From assembly GCF_037042905.1 (NCBI RefSeq), contig NC_087250.1:15378001-15442000 (forward strand): DNA of 64,000 nt, in the 5' to 3' direction. Under the pieces are notes generated by a model. The model ran no database searches and had not been told where the DNA came from. It saw only the letters and a list, made by a program, of their open reading frames with translations. The position numbers and the translations under genes were made by a program. This document shows, in pieces, positions 38,684-53,124 of the stretch. This stretch comes from Lytechinus pictus (Eukaryota). Every line of letters starts with the position of its first letter. Position 1 is the stretch's first letter.

Positions 38684-39363
38684 TAATGAAATGTAACAGA
38701 AAATGGTCTGGTATATCCTGTACATGAACAAGCAGTCCAACTGTGACATCATACATGCATCACTTGCTATTAAACTACAGATAAGATCAGTATGGCAATC
38801 AATATTTTTGAAGAAAAAAAACCCACAGCGAATCCTAATCAATGAAATAAAAATCTAACGCAAGACTGGTGTACAAATGTAGGTGGTGGCTGCGCTCCCT
38901 CGTCTTCAGCATCAGAAGCATGGCTGACGTCCGGCGCAACAGCATCGGACTCGTAAGGGCAAAGACAAAAGCTACAGCCTCTGGCTACATGTAGATTAAA
39001 GACTGTAAATGTGTTTTGGGGAGAAAAAAATGCACACATCTGTACTAATGTACACAGCACTGTATAGTTTGAACACAACACCCAAAACAGAATGGATGTT
39101 GAACTACACTGTACATTGTAACACCATGAATTTGATACTGGCATCAAGTGCTTGGTTTGGTGTTGTCATCTGTAAGTTTCAGATGTGACCAGGTTTAACA
39201 CCGCTCTTCGTAGTGAACAAGTTTTGCCACCTTCTTCAGTAGAGCACGTTTCTCCCCATGCTCGCAGATGTGTAGTATATCTAGCTCAGATAGATTGAGT
39301 CTTGTTGGATAGAGAAACTAAAAGCTCTTAAAAGATTAACCAATCCCTTTGATAATTGAAGTA

Positions 39364-40084
39364 CAGTCCGACCTCTCTTATCCGGCCTCCCCTTATCCGG
39401 ATCTCTCTATTATCCGGACGCACATTTGCCGAGATTTTTTTTTTTTTTTTCAATTCAATCTAGTATGTGAGGAAATGAGATTTCAATCTAAACTCAATCC
39501 TATGCGCAAACTCACTTTGATTACATATATTTTCCAATATAGTCTACCTACAACATTATTTTTCATGAAAATCACTAAAAGAATTTAGGCAGGATAATTT
39601 TCCAGTAAATCAGGGCGCAGCGCAAACATTTCATCACGTTCTCTTTTCGTTTCCCGGGAAAAACAATGCGTGTCTCGCTAGCTAACGCTAGGCTTCAATA
39701 CGGACAGCGCCATCTATCATGTTTGAGCCTACAGTCAGTATAACAATGGCTGACATTGGGAAGCTGCGATACCCACCGCGATGATCTAATTGTAAAACTT
39801 TCATTCTCTTTCGAGGTATGCTCAATCATTTTAGCAGGTAAACTATCCAACAGTTTTGGCCATCGATCGATTTCATTTCCGTAAAAATACCGCCTATAAT
39901 TTGCACTGACACTGCAGTGAATACTGTCTGAACGCCCACTACAATTAATAACGTGTAGCTACCGCCGTTAATGTTGGGCAGGCAGCAGCTGTGTGTATTT
40001 AATATTGGGTCTCCCAGATCCGGATAAATCCCTTATCCGGATTGGTGCTGGTCCCAACGTGTCCGGATAAGAGAGGTCGGACTG
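39364..40084. mobile_element. Tc1/mariner-pogo(Tigger)-like MITE
   Basis: TA|CAGTCCGACCTCTCTTATCCGG ... CCGGATAAGAGAGGTCGGACTG|TA: perfect 22-bp TIR and TA TSD. Confidence 0.92.
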
Positions 40085-40295
40085 TACGTCTATATGTAGT
40101 TGTCAAAAGCATCTGGCAAAGATGGTAACTTTGAACAAGGAAATGAAAGGATCGGAGAATAGATCAACTGAAAAGGTTACATTATTGAATGGAATGTGCT
40201 GTAAGATGTCTCAAATCAAGAGTTCCCTTTCAATTGAAAAGGCATGTGGTAAAACAGTAATGATTTAATCATGAAAGAGTGTTCCTGGGGGGTAA

Positions 40296-40676
40296 TACCG
40301 CCTTCACACTGGCATCAAGCACCGCTTCAGTCCCGGGACTATCCCGAGACTCGCGGCGTTGCCTTCAGTGTGAATACTTGGACCCACAATAAACTACCCC
40401 AGGATAATCTTGCCTCATTATATTAAAGATACTACAAATTATCGCAAGGCAAGCCTCATAGTAATAGCATTGGAACAGTCACTACAATCCCGGGATAAAC
40501 CAACTGATCAGTGGTTTCCGGTCATATCAGGGTCACAAGCTTTACATGTGTTTGTTTCAGAGGTTATTAACATCACCCGCTGCAGTGTGAATGGTTTATA
40601 GTGGTGTCGCTATCCCGCGACAGCAGCAACAGGATACACGTATGTTAATAATTTGAAAACCACTGTGAAGACGGTA
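40296..40676. mobile_element. Harbinger-like MITE nested in an older short element
   Basis: TAA|TACCGCCTTCACACTGG ... CCACTGTGAAGACGGTA|TTA. Confidence 0.72.
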
Positions 40677-41236
40677 TTAGAGTTGCATTTAATGCCTTGT
40701 TGCGTACCTTATGAAAAGCATGACCGCATTGGTCAGATCATGCCAAGAAGACACGCACTCCTGCGTAATGCGTATTAATAACATTGCGCGTTGCGAATCA
40801 TATATGCGTTGGCACTTCAGTGCGACTCTAAGTCATACTTATATCTTTGTGAAACACCCCCTCTGGTCATATTTCTTGGGCCTATAAAACATAAATCATA
40901 GCAATTGATCATGGGGGTTGATTTTTATAATTGATTGTACACAAAAATCTTTGCAATGAATTAGTAGAAAAAAATCAGTACATTAGGTTGGTAAAATTAG
41001 CTCCTGAAAAGAAAAGAAATAATCGCCTGGTGATGATAGTGGTGTTGTTGATGATGATAAATGATTATAATGTAATAACAAAAATAGATGCTTTCATATT
41101 ATAACAATAATAATTTAAAGTTCATGGTAGATTAATCTCACCTTCCTGTGCACACAACAAAAACGATCATGCTATTATTTAATTTTGTCCTTGTCCTTGC
41201 CCTATAAAAATATTGAAAATTTTCAAAAGACCTTTG

Positions 41237-41376
41237 GTGATGTGATGATGATGGTGATGATGATGATGATGACGATGATGATGGTGATGATGATGATGAT
41301 GATGATGTTGATGATGGATAATGATGATGGTGATGATGATGTTGATGATGATGAAGACGGTGATGATAATAATGAT
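41237..41376 (+). repeat. (GAT)n microsatellite
   Basis: Direct observation. Confidence 0.95.
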
Positions 41377-42472
41377 TAAAGTTTGATTGTAGATTAATCC
41401 CAATATATGGACAAAAATCATCACTCATGCTATGAGTCAATTCCTAGGATGCAATAATCAATCCACCATAAAAAATGCACAAATTACCACATGATTCTCA
41501 CACATGCACTAGGCAACTCTAGATCTATCATAATTGTCCCAATTTCTCAAAGCACTTGTTTCTAATAATGAGGTCAATTGAGGTAGTGTTCAAATTGAAC
41601 AGATGTCTGTTTTGATAGTATGCATAATGATTTCTTTTTCTCATTTTTCAGAGTTTATGCTGTGGGATTGATAAGTGCGAACAGACAAGTGGGCGTTTGA
41701 CAAAAGCAGTTGCTATTATAAACCATTCGTTGAAACAGGCGTAATTCTATGGAAATGAGGGGGGGGGGGAGGGGAGGGTGACATAAATATGTACAATTGG
41801 CCTACATGTTCATAAGAACTGTATCTAATAGACTTTGGGACATACCACTATTAATTAGGCCTACATGTGTACAAGTGTACTGATAGGGAATGACAGGGAA
41901 ATTGTGAATGTCAATTAAAAAAAAAATGACTGCATACATGTACATTGTTTTCAATACAGTACAGCAAGAAATTTACCCACATTAATACTGCACTCAACCC
42001 AGGTGAAGTGAATGGTTGGGTACATGTTGACCTACCTGGCAGGATTAGATGGGAAGTTCACCCTGACAAAAAGTTTATTGTAAAAATAGCAGAAAAAATG
42101 AGAAAAAATATTTGTGAAGGTTCGATAAAATCCATCAAAGAATAAGAAAGTTATGAGAATTTTAATTATGATTTGTGACATCATATGCGAGCAGCATTCC
42201 TACATACCGTATGGTAAAAAATCAATGAAATATAATTTTCTCAGAATATTGAGAATGGTGTGTACTGTACCTTCAGTATATCAATAGACAAATCATTTCA
42301 CACCCGCTCCTAAAAATAAAACAAAAATAAGTCATCATGAACCATTGAAAAAATTGAAATTTATGCATATTATATTACATAACAAATGGGGTATCTCTTT
42401 GATGACGTTACAAATCCAAAACTTAAAACTCTAATAACTTCCTCTATATAAAAAGCGCTATACATGTACATG

Positions 42473-43058
42473 CCTGGGGGGGGGGGGGGCCCACTTACAT
42501 TGACGAGTGGATACTATGTGCGACCAAAAATACACGTAAAAAGGATGTTTTTTCACGATAGGGCACGTTACGTACGTAACATGATAAGGGTGTCAAAAAC
42601 ACTAAAATAATGAAATAAGGGTATGTATTTTCGCTAGGAAAGCTACGTGTTTAGGGTCAAATTTGCGAGGATGTAAAAAATTAAGACTATTGTTTAATAA
42701 AGGATGTACTTTTGCCCCAAGAGTCAACACTACATGTACGTGTTTAGAGTAAGATTTGGGCGAGATGTGGAAGGTTGGGCTGTACTAAACCCAATGATGT
42801 AGATGAAGGTAAAACCGACGACTGACGTCCGTGACATAACAATAAAAATATCGCTGTACTTGTTTAGGGGGTCAATTCAGGGAACTTGCCAAGAGTATTG
42901 TTTTGTTTCCAATAATGTTAAGGGTAGGTTTTCACACGCAAATACTTGTTAAGGGGTGCATTTTCAGAAAATGGAAAATACGTGTTTAGGGTGCTTTTTG
43001 AGACCCCATGGTCGCGCATGGTATCCACTCGTCAATGGAAGCGCCCCCCCCCCCCCGG
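42473..43058. mobile_element. MITE with poly-G/poly-C-containing TIRs
   Basis: CCTG(n)CCCACTTACATTGACGAGTGGATAC ... GTATCCACTCGTCAATGGAAGCGC(n)GG. Confidence 0.8.
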
Positions 43059-43852
43059 TATACATGTAGTCGAGTATTACATATATTTACAATTATATTA
43101 TTTTTTTTAAATTACCAATATCACTGTTTTGGGGACTAGAACTGGGAATGAGGGCGAGTTCTTTCGAGATTAATCTATCTGGATTTTTCAATGAGATTAT
43201 ACTTGTATGTATTTAATAGTATACATGTATAGTATTGGCCTTGTGTAAACACACTAGGCCTATTATAATATAGAAGAGGGAGGGATAGAGGGGGCAACAT
43301 GGTGTTGCGATCCAACATTTATGGCAGTAGTTTTGGTGATTCATACATTCACAATCAATAATCAGGTCACGCTAATCCCTTTTATTTTCCCCTCATTGTT
43401 TTAAAGTTTGACTTTCTCGTACATGATCCTTTTCTGCTATCTGTAATTTTCATTGCCATTGGAATGAATTTGATTGTCACTGGACACTACATTACACTGT
43501 ACGTTGTGCATACAACGACCATGGCTCTGTTCATTTAAACACTGAATTTGAAAACTGCAGTCAGCAAAAATGCTGCATTCTTTTTTTATTCCATTTTGAA
43601 AAATATAACGAGATGTTGAAGTCTATCAAACTTTGATGAATTTGTCTCAAAATCTGGCTTCTGTACACAAGAGAGTTTCTTGATTAAGTTTGGACTGCTT
43701 CCGTTTTGTTGGATACGGTAAAGTTTTGGAAGAAGTTTATTTGACGAGACATGGAACTTTCACAATCAATACGGAGGACTTTTAACTCTTTGGATTTGTT
43801 ACTTTTGGGATAATCAATGAAGATTTGATTTTAGCCTTAGAACTGTTTTACC

Positions 43853-43936
43853 ATGGATTGGATATTAGCCTTGCTCCAGACTTTTGTGTTACTCTACTCT
43901 CATGAAGTTCATCCGAATATTGCAAGGATCATTAAA
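43853..43936 (+). CDS. Candidate alternative first coding exon A (MDWILALLQTFVLLYSHEVHPNIARIIK)
   Basis: ACCATGG Kozak context, 28 codons, then AAA|GTAAGT. Phase 0 is compatible with exon 4. No homology evidence. Confidence 0.5.
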
Positions 43937-44110
43937 GTAAGTTTTTGTGTTTTGTTTGAACTTGCAATAAAGTGTAGGCATATACATAATAATAATAATA
44001 ATAATAATAATAAACAGTTCTTGTATATCGCATATCATGATTATGAATAATGTCTCTATGCGCTTCCAAAGGACTTGGACTTGGATATACATACATGTAG
44101 GCCTATATTA

Positions 44111-45410
44111 GGGCGATTCCATGCTAGAAAAATCAGCCATTTTCACAACATTTTTCACTCTACTGTCCAAACGAACAAAGAACTTCAATTTGCTTTGTGG
44201 TAATATTAACGTACTACTGGGTAGACATGCAAAAAACTGACAACCAACAAAAATATGTTGTCCATAGGTGAATTAGAGCTTAAAATGTTGGGTGTCGTAC
44301 GGGACATTTCTGCGTCCCGTAAGACACACAACATTTTCACCTATAATTTACCCATACCGGTTATCAATTTTTTGTCTCACCTGCATAGCAGAGTGAGACT
44401 ATAGGCGCCGCTTTTCCGACGGCGACGGCGGCGGCGACGGCGGCGGCGGCGTCAACACCAAATCTTAACCTGAGGTTAAGTTTTTGAAATGACAGCATAA
44501 CTTAGAAAGTATATGGACCTAGTTCATGAAACTTGGCCATAAGGTTAATCAAGTATTACTGAACATCCTGCCTGAGTTTCATGTCACATGACCAAGGTCA
44601 AAGGTCATTTAGGGTCAATGAACTTAGACCATGTTGGGGGAATCAACATCAAAATCTTAACCTAAGGTTAAGTTTTTGAAATGTCATCATAACTTAGAAA
44701 ATATATGGACCTAGTTCATGAAACTTATACATAAGGTTAATCAAGTATCACTGAACATCCTGCATGAGTTTCACGTCACATGACCAAGGTCAAAGGTCAT
44801 TTAGGGTCAATGAACTTTGGCCGAATTGGGGGTATCTGTTGAATTACCATCATAACTTTGAAAGTTTATGGATCTGATTCATGAAACTTGGACATAATAG
44901 TAATCAAGTATTACTGAACATCCAGTGCAAGTTTCAGGTCACATGATCAAGGTCAAAGGTCATTTAGGGTCAATGAACTTTGGCCAAATTGGGGTATTTG
45001 TTGAATTACAGCCATAAATTTGAAAGTGTGTTGGTCTAGTTCATAAAACTTGGACATAATAGTAATCAAGTATCACTGAACATCCTGTGCGAGTTTCAGG
45101 TCACATGATCAAGGTCAAAGGTCATGTAAGGTCAAAGAACTTTGGCCACGTTGGAGTAACCAAGTATCACTGAACATCTTGTGCGAGTTATAGTAGTTTT
45201 CAAAATCAGCACTGCTGCTATATTGAATCGCGTGATGCAGGTGAGACGGCCAGAGGCATTCCACTTGTTTTAGTTGGATATTAGTTTTTCACATGACTAC
45301 TCACTATAGCTTTATCATTGACAAAAAAGAATATTTTATTGCTCAAGCATTCGGCTAGGAAACTCGAAATTGTTGTCAAAATGTCCCGTACGACACGTAT
45401 GGAATCGCCC
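44111..45410. mobile_element. Harbinger-like MITE interrupted by a HINE
   Basis: GGGCGATTCCAT ... ATGGAATCGCCC termini. Confidence 0.7.
44372..45268 (+). mobile_element. Complete non-autonomous Helentron (HINE) carrying an internal satellite array
   Basis: 5' subTIR GTCTCACCTGCA + short IR + (CGG)n, about 4.5 tandem 162-192-bp units, 3' subTIR TGCAGGTGAGAC, ending CTTG; inserted in a T-run with no TSD. Confidence 0.85.
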
Positions 45411-46931
45411 ATTACGTGTACGGTATTTGACTCTACTATAATGGAGCCTACACGTGCATGTTGGACATGTAAACAAAAAAAAGATCGATATTGATCTCCA
45501 AATACAGATAAAGGCCTAGAGGGCCTACCCTATGAACCTGTTCAGTAAAATTCATTTGCATTTTTGGATATTTTATTATTCGAGCTACATGGCTACATGT
45601 ATCGGTCTTTGATTTAAAGGACTAGCTCACCCCAATGAAAATTTGATTTGAACAAAAAGCGGAATATCCATCAAACATTGAAAATTTCATCAAAATCTGA
45701 AAGTTATGGCATTTTAAAGTTTTGCTTTTAATTTCACAAAACTGTAAGTACTGGCATGCATCTCTCTTTATTAATATTTTTATCTAGTTACATGTTCCTT
45801 CTTGTTCAATAATTTTTAATCCTCTCAGGGCCTACATGTACATGTATACTAAGATTATTCCTTCATTGACAATTTTGACATTGTCTCTTGATTGTTTGCA
45901 AACTTGATCAATGTCAGATGCATACTGTATACATGTTCACACAAATATGTTGATTCGTCCCTTTAAACGAAATCTACACCAAACTGTTGTTGCCACGCAC
46001 CCCTAGCCATCCATCTGTTCCTTGCACAGATGTGATCCAGAGAAACACCACAGCTTCTTCAATAATATCCTTGTTGCTACCGGTAGGGATTCCCTTCCCC
46101 GAGGGATTATTGGCAGATTAGAAACGGCTAAATTTAGCTAAATCTTCTCTTTTCTCTCCCTGTGATGATACTTTTTGGCTAGAACTCCAGGGGAAAGGCC
46201 CTGTTCAGACTAGTGTTTATATACCAAGTTCCTACTGTCACGACTTGCGCCACGATTCAAACAGGATACATGTACTTAATAATCGTAGCAATCGTAGTGA
46301 TCTTTATCAGACCGTATCAGATCAGTCGTGGCCATCGTATTGACCGTAGAAAAACTTTGAATAGTTAAAAAAATTTGCGTTAAATCATGAGAGGCCTCTC
46401 TTGGTTTTTGTAAAGGATTGCACGGCAGTGGGAAGGAGACCTATTAATGTTAATATTAACAGGTTTTGATAAAAACTGATTTTAGCTATTTTTTCTTTAT
46501 TAACTCGGCTTTCTGTGTGCTAGAAGCTTTTGCAATAGCTCATTTCTTTTAATAGCTGACACTCACACTATAGACTATAGTCTGCAGTCACAAGTGTATT
46601 GTTGGTTTGCGCATAGTGTATCATGCAGAGTCTGGATTGGGAGACTACTTTCACTCATCTCCTATGGCTGTGGCACATACATGTTCATGTAGAGTGTGGA
46701 GTCTAGTCTAAACTCTAGACATGCAGTTCTTTCAAAGTTGAGTCTGTGCTTGCAGACTTTGTTCAGAACAAAAACAATAAAATACAAATCCTAATATTGA
46801 GAATGGCCCATTTAGGCCAAGAAGGCCAGACAGTGGCGGACGTGTGGATGAAACACATGTACATGTAGGCCAACTGTTTTATAATTTTTTTTCATTTAGA
46901 GAAAATATCCTTGTTCCTAATAAAGCCTTTC

Positions 46932-47093
46932 AGGGGAGGTGTTTGAAGAAAGGACTTGTCGGACGTAATAATCCGAAAGTCCTGTTTTATCCGACAGTTA
47001 CCATAGTAACAGTGCTTGTCAGCCAATCAAAATCCAGGAAAGATGTCAGATCTGACAACTTGTCGGACGAAAATGTTGATGAAACGCTCCCCA
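46932..47093. mobile_element. ~160-bp MITE; second copy at ~63819-63978
   Basis: GGGAGG..TT..AAGAAAGGACTTG ... GATGAAA(C/T)GCTCCCCAG in both copies. Confidence 0.75.
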
Positions 47094-49382
47094 GTAGTAC
47101 ATAGGAAACATATTTTACAGAAAATCATGATTGATGAAAGCATACTGGTAGCCAGGTGCAGCCTGAATTATCATGTACCAGGGTAATTAAATTTCGAAAC
47201 CGTTTTTTCATTTGGTTGGAAAAAGTCAATAATAAAATTGGTGTAGAAATACACAATAGTGCCTACACGTGTAAATGGACATGAATACATACATGTATGA
47301 ACACTAATAGGTCTGCGCCCTATACACCGATGTGTAACTTCACATGTGAACACTACTACATGTACATGTGCATGCAGGTCTACGCCCTATTCACTGATTT
47401 GTGCTAGTCTAAATGAATCTGCATACTAAAGTATTGCTTTAATGAGTAGCTTGCTGAGGCCCATGCTGTTCCAGTGTGATGGTGTGAAAAGTAATTAAAA
47501 TATACATTAATTTATTAGTGCGCATGGGGCCTTGAGTCCTATAGGTTGAGTTTATAATGAAAGAATGATGTTTGAATGGATTTTGAAGTTACACTATGTA
47601 CATGTAGGTTGAGCTTTATAATGAAAGAATGATGTATTAAATTATGGATTTTGAAGCTACACGTATGTATCGTTTTATAGTGAATACATGTAACATTTGC
47701 TATATAACATAATGCACATTATGCACACTGAAAAAAGGTTGGGTGTTAATTTTAACACCAAATTTTATAAAAAGCTTAAAACTGAGGGGGGGGGGGGGGT
47801 GGTACATTTAGGCCTACAATTTAGTTCTTGATTTCAAACTTTAAACAGAAAAAGATATCATTCCTGATCAAATACTTGATGTATATAGAGCTATTGTGAA
47901 ATTACATTCACATTTTATAGTACACATTCAAAATAGGGGGAGTGTTCTCATACCCTCAGGTGATCCAGTATTTGTCCATACAGTGTATATATTTACCATT
48001 GTGAAAGGCATTTTAGGCCTTTTATTTCATTAAATTTCATTTTTTTGTACCCACTTCTGTTCTTTTGTTTGCAAATCCATCAAAAATGTCTAGGAAATTA
48101 CCGCTAGCGCTAGATAAGAAGTGACTATCAACGAACAATGCCATTTAATTTGATAGAAGAACATAGAACTAAATGTACATGTATATGACACAAACTGAAA
48201 AAAATGAGGGTCTTGTATGAAGGCTATCAGCGACCTTAAATGACCTCTGTGTGGTTTGGTTATTGAATGAAGCATAATGTGTACCTCCTTATTCCCTGCT
48301 ACAATGTATATTTGGTCTGATGGGTTGGGAAGTGAAGCTTGCATTGGTCCATTATACGCCTAATGAGCTGTAAACATGTAATGATTTTCTTGCACCTAAC
48401 CCATCCAGTACTGACACAGAAACGGGCTTGTGGGACTGAAGAATTGTATTATTTGCCCAACCCTAATATTTGAGGAAAAAGGGATAAACCCCCTTTGACA
48501 TTGTGAGAGTTAAACAAATTAATCCAGTAATGATGTAGTTATTTTTAGTACTTTAAATAGCAGAAAAATTAAGAGGAAATATATTAAGGTTTGATGAAAA
48601 TCCATAGAATTTTTGAGAGTTATAAAATTTTACAATTTTTGATTTGTGATATCATACATGTCGTACAGCATTATTATTGCTTGAAAATAAATAGTTTATC
48701 ATTTACATCGTAATTGTTACAGTAATTTACATTAATGATTAATCATTTAATTTTTGAAATTGCATACTAAAATTACTATGTAAATGTATGGAGGCTTCCT
48801 TAATACATGTATGGTAAAAACTTTCTTTATGATTATGAAGAGCATACAGTGTAATGTAGGCCCACAATCTGTATTATGCTTTATCTTACAATAACAGAGA
48901 TCTAATTTCTTTAAGATTACATCAGTCCCACGCTAATGTAAGTCATGTTAGTTTAATCCTTATAAATGCAAGGGTTATCGACCTTCAAGGCATCGCAGGC
49001 ATTATGCATGCTTCCAGTGGAGGGTGATGTCGATGTGTATTCATAGCAGCACTTTTAGCTGTTATTCTATTGACGATTTCTTGGCATATGGTGCAGTAGG
49101 GTTGCGTATCGCGTTACGCGGTGCTCCCATTCACCGGACGAAGTCTGCCCAAGGGCGTTGCATGGCACTCACTCACACACAGGAGTGGTTGAATAGTATA
49201 CATGTAACTAGTAGCTCTTGACTGCTGTTAAAAACTTGAAGGAACTCGATGGATGCAGACCTGTCGACCATTTTGAATTTGGAGGAAAGATTATGAATTT
49301 TTGACCATTCGGACGGTTCTGACCTCTACATGTACAATGTATATTTCAATATGAATTACCACTTTCCTATTTCTCTTGTTAA

Positions 49383-49987
49383 AGGGAAATCCAACCCAAA
49401 TGAAAACTTGTTTTTATAAGGAAAAGAAAAATCAGACAAGTTAATAGGTGAAAGTTTGAACAGTATTGGACAAACAACAAGAAAGTTATGAATTTTTAAA
49501 AATTGTAAATCTTGGTAATCACTATACCCATGGAGACTTCAAATTGGCCACATATGGGATGTCATAGTGATGTAAGGCAAGGACTACTCTTTCATGTACT
49601 CCAATACATATTATGGCTAAAATTTCATTTTTTCCTAAAAGTTTTATTTCAAATCATATTTTTCTTTCATGAAGACCATAAAAGAATATAATACTTGGGT
49701 TATATGTACATGTAGATTACTGCCCCAGGGGAATGGGCACTTAGGAGAAAACCAAAAATCCCTGATAATAAAGTACATGGCCTAGATGGGAAAGTTGTCC
49801 TTGCCCCTTGTCATAATTTACTTCCCCAGTTGCCAATTTGAAATCTACATAGTATTAGTGATCTCAATTTTAAAACAGCTATAACTTTCTTATTGCTTGT
49901 CCGATTTCTTTCAAACTTTCACCATTCTGTTTAATTCATTTTTCTCCTTCCCAACACAACAGTTTATGACAAAGGCTGGATTCCCCT
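49383..49987. mobile_element. TTAA-flanked Kolobok-like MITE
   Basis: TTAA|AGGGAAATCCAACC ... GGCTGGATTCCCCT|TTAA. Confidence 0.82.
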
Positions 49988-52900
49988 TTAACTTCACTGT
50001 ACAATCCTATGGGAACTCCTTTTTGTCCCCCTATTTCTTTTATCATAGCAAAATCATTCCTATTTTCAAATCATATGGAGATTATGAGCTGGGAGATCTG
50101 CGTCCAGGTTATGGGGGGGAAATAGTGTTTATATTTTAGGGGCTATTTTTTTTGTCCACCTTTGTTGATTTTTTTTTGCTTCTCCTTTCATTTCAATGGC
50201 TACTTTTTTGGCTGTATAATAAGGGCATCATGACATGAAGTGATCGGTCATGGGGCTGATGTAGTCGATTGATTGCTTTGATCATTGTATATGATCGATC
50301 GTAAAATTAGCCCAAGATCAATCGCCTATAAAAGTTTTATGTTTAACAGGACCCAGGTACAGTTACATGTAGATCTGGGGTGGTCAAAATTTCTTGATCT
50401 CAACGGGAAAGTGGGTAGGAGTGTGGAAAACGTGAGAAAGAGAATGACTTGATTATATGTGTTGAATTGTAGGTTGGGACTAGTCTGTACATGTAGGTCC
50501 AGGCTCTGATTGAATCTGTGATCAACAGGTGGGTATTCACACAAGACTAGCACATGTAACACTTGCTGTACACAAATAACTGTAGGCTACACATTCGATC
50601 AGACCCCTTATTAAACTTGAGTGAAGGGTTTGCACATCAGACTTGGATGGGACACCCTTGCTGGAATAAGATGGAGACTACAAAAGAGGGAGCCCTATTT
50701 TCCATCGTCTGGCTCCTAACAATTGATCTGTCTGACGTACCTAAAGAGGGGGCTATCATATTTACCCCCGAAGTAGGCAATGTAGATCTTCTTACAATCA
50801 TTCAGATGTTCGAAGCCTTCTTTCCAATAGCCTCGCAGTCACATGTACACTGGATTGTGAGGCCCCTTTGTCAGACTTCAAGCTCTACTTACAGTACGCT
50901 TGATGACATAGTCAGGGACTACACAATAACTTTCGGAGGTAGAAGTACATGTTCTGTTCTGTATCCAGTCAGGGCCTTTGTTCATCCTGATGGAGCTAAC
51001 ACTGTAGTGATGATTCATGGGAACTCTCTCTTGCCTCAAAATTTACCTGTAAATGGTGTATTTATTAGATGGCAATGACCCCCCCCCCCCGGGCTCTCCA
51101 TCATCCTCCCTCATTTCTTCTCCAATGTCCCATGTATTTGATTTTGTCTGGGTTTGGATGTATTCAATTCTGTCTTGGGAAGCACTTCACACACAAAAAT
51201 AGTCTGTGATTGTCACAGATTTGTTATAAGCTACTGGAAATCCTTGCATCTGATTGGCTGGGAACAGATTTAGTCAATGAAAATCAGGGACAAAACTTTT
51301 CGTGAAACACCTCCTCGAACACCCCAGTCTCTACTATCATGCAGCTCTGCGAAATATTCAGTAGGCTACTGCAGTCAGTAGAGCAAGGCACAAATCTGGA
51401 AGACCATATCTGCAGAAAACTTCTTACATAATGTACAAGTTGTACTTACCGTACAATGTACCTTCTGTTCAGAAACTCTTGCAGGACTGGTCCGTAATAT
51501 TCAATAAAGTTTCATTGTAATCTCGCCTGGATGTATCTTTTTTAATAGTGAATGCTACTCAGTGGATCATCAAAATTACTATACACATTTGTATTGTTGG
51601 AGAGTGGATGTTTTTCATCATTTTTTGAGACAGTATTTGACAGCAGAGAACTGAAGGAGTGTATGTTTATGTGTTCTTCTGGATATAAAATCTTTCTGGG
51701 ATTGTCCATTGCATTTGTCCATAGGTTTTCTTTTCAGTGATCCAGATTCTTTTTGTCACAGTTGAGCAAGTTTTATTAATGAATTTAATTTTCATTAATA
51801 AAATATAACTAAAATTGACTGTCTTCATTTTCAAATCATAAAGAATGAATTTCCTGTCATTCCGACTACAAACTCATCAACAATCATCTCTAATCTGTTC
51901 TAAGTTCCACTCCTAAAAGAGTGAACATTTTCATTAACTTTATTTGCAAAATTATTCAAAAAGTGAAAATTACTACTCATTTTGTTTAATGAGAAATATA
52001 TGAATATAATTTGTAGTCAGATATTTTAACCAGGAAGTCTTATTTCCAGAATGTACCAAGCTCAGATGTGTTTGTGCTTAAGTGTATTTCCTACTGTAAA
52101 CATTTCAATGGCATTTGATATAAGGTATTCCACTTAAAACGGACTTGAGAATCGGATATGACATGTCATATTGATGACAGTTTATAGAAGGTTTTCTCAA
52201 ACATTCTTGATACATTAATTCAAGTATGGTATTATGATATCAAAGATGATGGGTGTTTAAGGAATACTTGAATAAAAGCTCTTGAATATTTTCTTTTACT
52301 ATAAGAAAAGGACAGGACGTACCTATCATCCTCTTGCTCCTTGGTATGTATTTTATACATGCAATAGCATTGATTAGTGTATACATGGTCAATTATAACA
52401 AAATTAGCCCCTCAACCAATTGCTGTTGCTGTACGTTACATGGCATATACATGTATGTACATGTAAATCAGACAATTGAAGGGGCACTGGCGTAAATCCA
52501 AGCGTTGAACCTTTTGTTCAGGGGAAATGAGCTATTCTTTCATTTCGCCCCACTTCGAATAGTACATGTATGACATATCCTGATGACATCACAGATTTAC
52601 GCCAATGGAAGGGGAATTCTCTGAGACCTTGTTCAGGGAAAAGTCTGATTGGTTGACTTGCCCAGAAAATGTACTTTTTCCAATCATATGTGGGCCCAGT
52701 ACTTGTGAAATTTGCGCCATTCTGATCGATCTTCTCGCGATCAGATTTCAAAAGAATCTTTTTACCAAAGGGGGAAACAAAAACAAGCATCATATCCTGT
52801 TTTCTCTTAATTAATTTTCCCTTTTGAAATTGTTACAACTCAATACTTATTAGGGGCAATTATATTCATACATACACTCAAGGACTATTCACTATTGTTG

Positions 52901-53124
52901 ATATTGTCAACATTCTCATATCTTTAAAAGGAAACATTTGAAGGTCATGGGCTAAAAACAGATGAAATTACAGTATATAATATATATCTATCAAGTGTTT
53001 GTATTTCGCCTACATGTTAAAGTATCGAGTTCCAGTACATATAAGCCTAAAAAACTGTATGTAATGATCACTTGTTGATTGCAGCGTGCTGGCAGGGACA
53101 CTGTTATATTTCACATGAAATTAT

